From Longimicrobiales bacterium (GTDB lineage Bacteria > Gemmatimonadota > Gemmatimonadetes > Longimicrobiales > Gaopeijiaceae), in contig OZ242008.1 of the NCBI GenBank assembly GCA_965204735.1, forward strand, positions 768,001 through 832,000: a DNA stretch of 64,000 nt, read 5' to 3'. Position numbers and translations under genes: made by a program. The notes beneath the pieces are model-generated. The model saw only the letters and a list, made by a program, of their open reading frames with translations, ran no database searches and had not been told where the DNA came from. This document shows, piece after piece, positions 60,579 to 64,000 of this stretch. The stretch's first letter is position 1, and every line of letters begins with the position of its first letter.

Positions 60579-62054
60579 ATGAACGACGCAAAGACCTTCG
60601 GCGTCAAGCTCAAGCAAGCGTCCTGCGTCCTCCTGGCCGCTCTGGGCGTGCTGACCGGCTGCGACGCCATCGACCCCACCGAGGTCGACAACCCCACCAC
60701 CACCGACAACGACCTCGCCGAGGCGAGCAATCCCACCGAGGCGCTGCTTCCTGGACTCCGCGCCCAGTTCGCGCGGATGATCAACGCCTACGTCGTGGCG
60801 GAAGTGGTCACCGACAACTACTCGATCCACGGCACCGGCATCGTAGTGGACCTGGACGACCCGAGTTCCATCAGGCCCGACATGATCAACTCGACGGGCA
60901 CCAGCGTCAGCGGCGTTTACTGGAACGTCCAGGAGCTCCGGGCGCTGGCGGACTTCGTCATCGACGAGATCGCGCCGACCGACCCCACGGCGTCGGCTGC
61001 CGACATCGCCGAGGCGCACTACTACCGGGGAATGGCCTTCCTGACGATGGGCGAGGTCTTTGTGGCAGCGCCTCACCAGGAAGACGGCACGCCCCAGTCG
61101 CCTGCGGCATCTCTGACCAAGGCGGTGGCCGACCTTCAGGCGGCAACTGCGTTCGGCACCCAAGCGAATGCGGCGCTGGCCCGGGCCCACCGCCTAATGG
61201 GCGACGCCGGAGCCGCCGAAGCCGCCGCCAACGCCGTGCTGAGCGCAGCGGCCGACTTTCTCTTCGCCCAGGACTACGACGCCAACTTCCTTAACAACAC
61301 GCCGGTGGCGTTCCTGGTGCTCCGCGCTCTGCAGGAGATGCAGCCGCTGCCCCGCCTCGACTTCCTCGATCCCAAGTACACGACCCGGGATGCCGCGATT
61401 CCCATTGCCAAGGCCGAGGAGATGCACCTGATCCTGGCCGAAGCAGCGTTGGCCTCGGGCAACTTGTCGGGCGCGGCGGCACAGCTGAAGATGGCGATCG
61501 ACCTTGCTGCAACGCGGGATATGGTCACCTTCGACGACAACGACGAGCGGAGGAACGCGGACCTCACCTTCCGGCCCCGAAACTCGGAGATCGTGGTTCG
61601 CGCCGATGCGGACAGTCCGTTCCGTTCCGGCCTGGTGCTGGACCGGCCTGCGGACGATCTGGAGATCCCCGCGATCTCCGGCACGTCGCTGGACGCCGAC
61701 AGCGTGGCGGGGCTGGATGACGCCGACGAGCTTTGGCACGCCCTGTGGCTGGCTCGCCAAGAGATCATGCTGCTGGAGGGTCGGCGGTTGGCGGACCTGC
61801 AGATCAGGCTTCCGATGATGCTCCGCGAGATCGACCAGAACGACAACATCAACGAGGGCGACCAGGGCACGGAGGTCGCCCATCCTACTTGGCTGCCCGT
61901 GGACCCGCGGTACGCCATGGACATCTACGCGCCCATGAAATCGCTCTACACCAGCAACGAGGCCGACGCAGAGTTGATGACGACCGAGGTGACGATCAAC
62001 GTCGACATGAACCGCGTGCTGACGGAGAACCGCGCTTCGCCTTTCCAGAGGTAG
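60579..62054 (+). CDS. SusD/RagB-like lipoprotein
   Basis: Lipobox LTGC, TPR-like EAHYYRGMA, EMHLILAEA, LLEGRRLAD. Directly follows susC. Confidence 0.85.
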   Translation: MNDAKTFGVKLKQASCVLLAALGVLTGCDAIDPTEVDNPTTTDNDLAEASNPTEALLPGLRAQFARMINAYVVAEVVTDNYSIHGTGIVVDLDDPSSIRPDMINSTGTSVSGVYWNVQELRALADFVIDEIAPTDPTASAADIAEAHYYRGMAFLTMGEVFVAAPHQEDGTPQSPAASLTKAVADLQAATAFGTQANAALARAHRLMGDAGAAEAAANAVLSAAADFLFAQDYDANFLNNTPVAFLVLRALQEMQPLPRLDFLDPKYTTRDAAIPIAKAEEMHLILAEAALASGNLSGAAAQLKMAIDLAATRDMVTFDDNDERRNADLTFRPRNSEIVVRADADSPFRSGLVLDRPADDLEIPAISGTSLDADSVAGLDDADELWHALWLARQEIMLLEGRRLADLQIRLPMMLREIDQNDNINEGDQGTEVAHPTWLPVDPRYAMDIYAPMKSLYTSNEADAELMTTEVTINVDMNRVLTENRASPFQR

Positions 62055-62166
62055 ACGGCGGGCGGCACGGCTTGGCCAATTCGCTGGACGCGCCGGTCGG
62101 CGGGGCTCTCCGGTCCCGTCGGCCGGCGGTGGTCGCCCGGGTTGGCGTGTCGGCGGTTCCGAACCG

Positions 62167-64000
62167 GTGAGCGACCAGCTCTCGTTGGACTTTGACGCTT
62201 CGGCGGGCGTGCCGAACGGCGCCGAAGCCGCCGCCGGCGAAGAAGTTCGCCGGAGTGGGGACGGCCGGGGAGACGGCGGCGGCGGCCCGGAAGCCGGCTT
62301 GCGCGACGACGGTGGCCCAGGACCCGCGTTCGACTCGACCTCCGTGCTGGTGCGGGAGCTGGCGAAGGTGGCGCGGGACCGGGCTGCGGCGCGCAAAGTC
62401 GTGGTGGCTCGCACCCGGGGCGAGGGCAAGGAGCTGCTTCGCCAAATAGCCTTGCGAGGCCAGTCGTGGGCGGGGGTCGAGGTCACGACGGTGCAGCCGT
62501 TGGCGTTGCAGGCGGCGATGCCTTCGATCTTGAGGCAGGGGGCGAGGGTAGCCGACCCCTTCGACGAGCAAGCGGTCGCCGAGCGCGCCCTGGACGACGC
62601 GGTTGCCGGCAGTGGCGGCCGCTTCGGGCGCTTTGTGAACAAGGTGGGGTTCCGGGATGCAGTGCGGAGGACGGTTGCGGCGCTGCGGGAGGGTGGCGTC
62701 CGAGCGAGGAAGCTGACGCCGGGCGTCGTCCGCGATCGGGAGAAGCAGGCGCTCGTCGCCGAGGTGCTGGGGCGGTACGAAGCGCTGCTGCACGAGGAAG
62801 GGCTGGTGGACTCGGCTGGGGTGCTGGAGCTTGCCCTGGCCGCGTTGGAGGAGGAAGGACGACGCGGGTCAGGGGCGCGGCCTGCCGGCGACGCCCCGGA
62901 CGCGGAGCGTGGCGGTCTATTGCGAAGCGGGCTCGGCGACCACGCCGTGTACCTCTTGCCGGGCCTCTCCGACAGGGGACTTTCGGGTCGGTTCGTGCGT
63001 GTGCTGGAGCGTCGGGGCGCCGTGCTCCTCAAGACCGACGCCGTGGAGGGGTTGCCGCGGCCCGCTCACCTGCTGTGGGACGTGAAGCCGCCGGAGGCGT
63101 CGGGCAGCTGGCTTCACGCGGTGGGCCGTCAGGCAGTCGCCGACGCGCAGGCGTTCAAGCGGATCGACCTCTTCGCGGCGGCGTCGGTGTACGACGAGCT
63201 GAGGGGGGTTCTGCGACGGGTCCTCGACCGGGGTGCGCGCTGGGACGAGGTCGAGATCGTCACGCCGGACCCGGTCACCTATGGTTCCGCCCTCCACGCC
63301 CTGGCCGGGCCGATGGGCATCCCGGTCAACTTCGGAGTGGGTCTTCCGGTGGAGCGGACTCGGCCCGGACGTGTGACGTCGGCCTACTTTCGCTGGATCG
63401 AAAACGGCTTTCAGGAACCCGTCTTCCGGGCGCTGGTGGAAGCGGAAGACGTGAGGGCGCCCGACCCCTGGGGATGGATTCGAGGGCCTCGACTGGCCCG
63501 GTCGCTGCGACGGCTGCGGATCGGCTGGGGGCGCCGGCGCTACCTCGACGCGGTGGAGCGGGCGCTGGCCGACCTGCCCGACGCCTCGAAGCGCCGGCAC
63601 GAGGACGACGAGCAGTTCGAGCGGCGGAAGAAGCGGACCGAGGAAGACATGCACGCCCTGCAAGCCGTGCTGGCGCCCGTGCTGGCAGCGACGCCCCACG
63701 CTGGCCCACGGGCGGAGCCGGCCGCAGCCGGAGTCCACTCTGCCGCTGCAGGGATCGGCTCCACCAGCTCTGCCGGCGTCTCCCCGGCCGAAGTGGCGAC
63801 CGGCGTGAAGAGCGTGCTGGCCTTGCTCGCCCCAGGCACCCCTGCCGACGATACGGCGCGGCAACGGCTGGTGGGCATCCTCGACCGGATCGAGGCCACC
63901 CAGACGCGCCTTACCGACTTCGCGTCGGCGTGCAACGTCGTGAAGGGGTTCCTTGAAGTGCGCGTCCCGGCCCCCAGGGCGGAGGGCAAGGCGCCGTGGG
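62167..64000 (+). CDS. AddB/RexB-like helicase-nuclease subunit, N-terminal part (3'-truncated; absent from the ORF track because it has no stop)
   Basis: Frame is open to the window end: KVVVARTRGEGKELLRQIA, RYEALLHEEGLVD, LFAAASVYDELRGVLRRV...WDEVEIV..D...Y. Confidence 0.7.
   Translation, partial: MSDQLSLDFDASAGVPNGAEAAAGEEVRRSGDGRGDGGGGPEAGLRDDGGPGPAFDSTSVLVRELAKVARDRAAARKVVVARTRGEGKELLRQIALRGQSWAGVEVTTVQPLALQAAMPSILRQGARVADPFDEQAVAERALDDAVAGSGGRFGRFVNKVGFRDAVRRTVAALREGGVRARKLTPGVVRDREKQALVAEVLGRYEALLHEEGLVDSAGVLELALAALEEEGRRGSGARPAGDAPDAERGGLLRSGLGDHAVYLLPGLSDRGLSGRFVRVLERRGAVLLKTDAVEGLPRPAHLLWDVKPPEASGSWLHAVGRQAVADAQAFKRIDLFAAASVYDELRGVLRRVLDRGARWDEVEIVTPDPVTYGSALHALAGPMGIPVNFGVGLPVERTRPGRVTSAYFRWIENGFQEPVFRALVEAEDVRAPDPWGWIRGPRLARSLRRLRIGWGRRRYLDAVERALADLPDASKRRHEDDEQFERRKKRTEEDMHALQAVLAPVLAATPHAGPRAEPAAAGVHSAAAGIGSTSSAGVSPAEVATGVKSVLALLAPGTPADDTARQRLVGILDRIEATQTRLTDFASACNVVKGFLEVRVPAPRAEGKAPW

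Overview
High-GC bacterial chromosomal segment. Gene content (SusC/SusD pair, ExbB-ExbD-ExbD-TonB, tilS-hpt-ftsH-cdaA, recF-DUF721-gyrB, DUF305/LVIVD pair, M14 peptidase, GH109) suggests Gemmatimonadota; this is an inference. About 55 CDSs, mostly housekeeping, DNA repair and envelope/nutrient-uptake genes, plus one tRNA-Asn(GTT). Accessory or odd elements: (1) a complete IS1202-family element with a 16-bp target duplication just upstream of the tRNA; (2) a lower-GC two-gene cassette (Schlafen/AlbA_2-HATPase plus orphan ParA) wedged into an operon, a candidate defence module; (3) three tandem paralogous flavoenzymes; (4) a protein built from two catalytically degenerate Rpn domains; (5) a lipoprotein protease whose trypsin domain appears inserted inside an SdrD-B-like domain, directly upstream of susCD; (6) a shared ECF-type promoter motif in front of three envelope genes; (7) many candidate leaderless genes and pervasive micro-duplications at gene ends. 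No CRISPR array, rRNA or oriC was seen. All calls come from motif recognition by eye, with no database search. Several starts were moved from the ORF track to more plausible positions.
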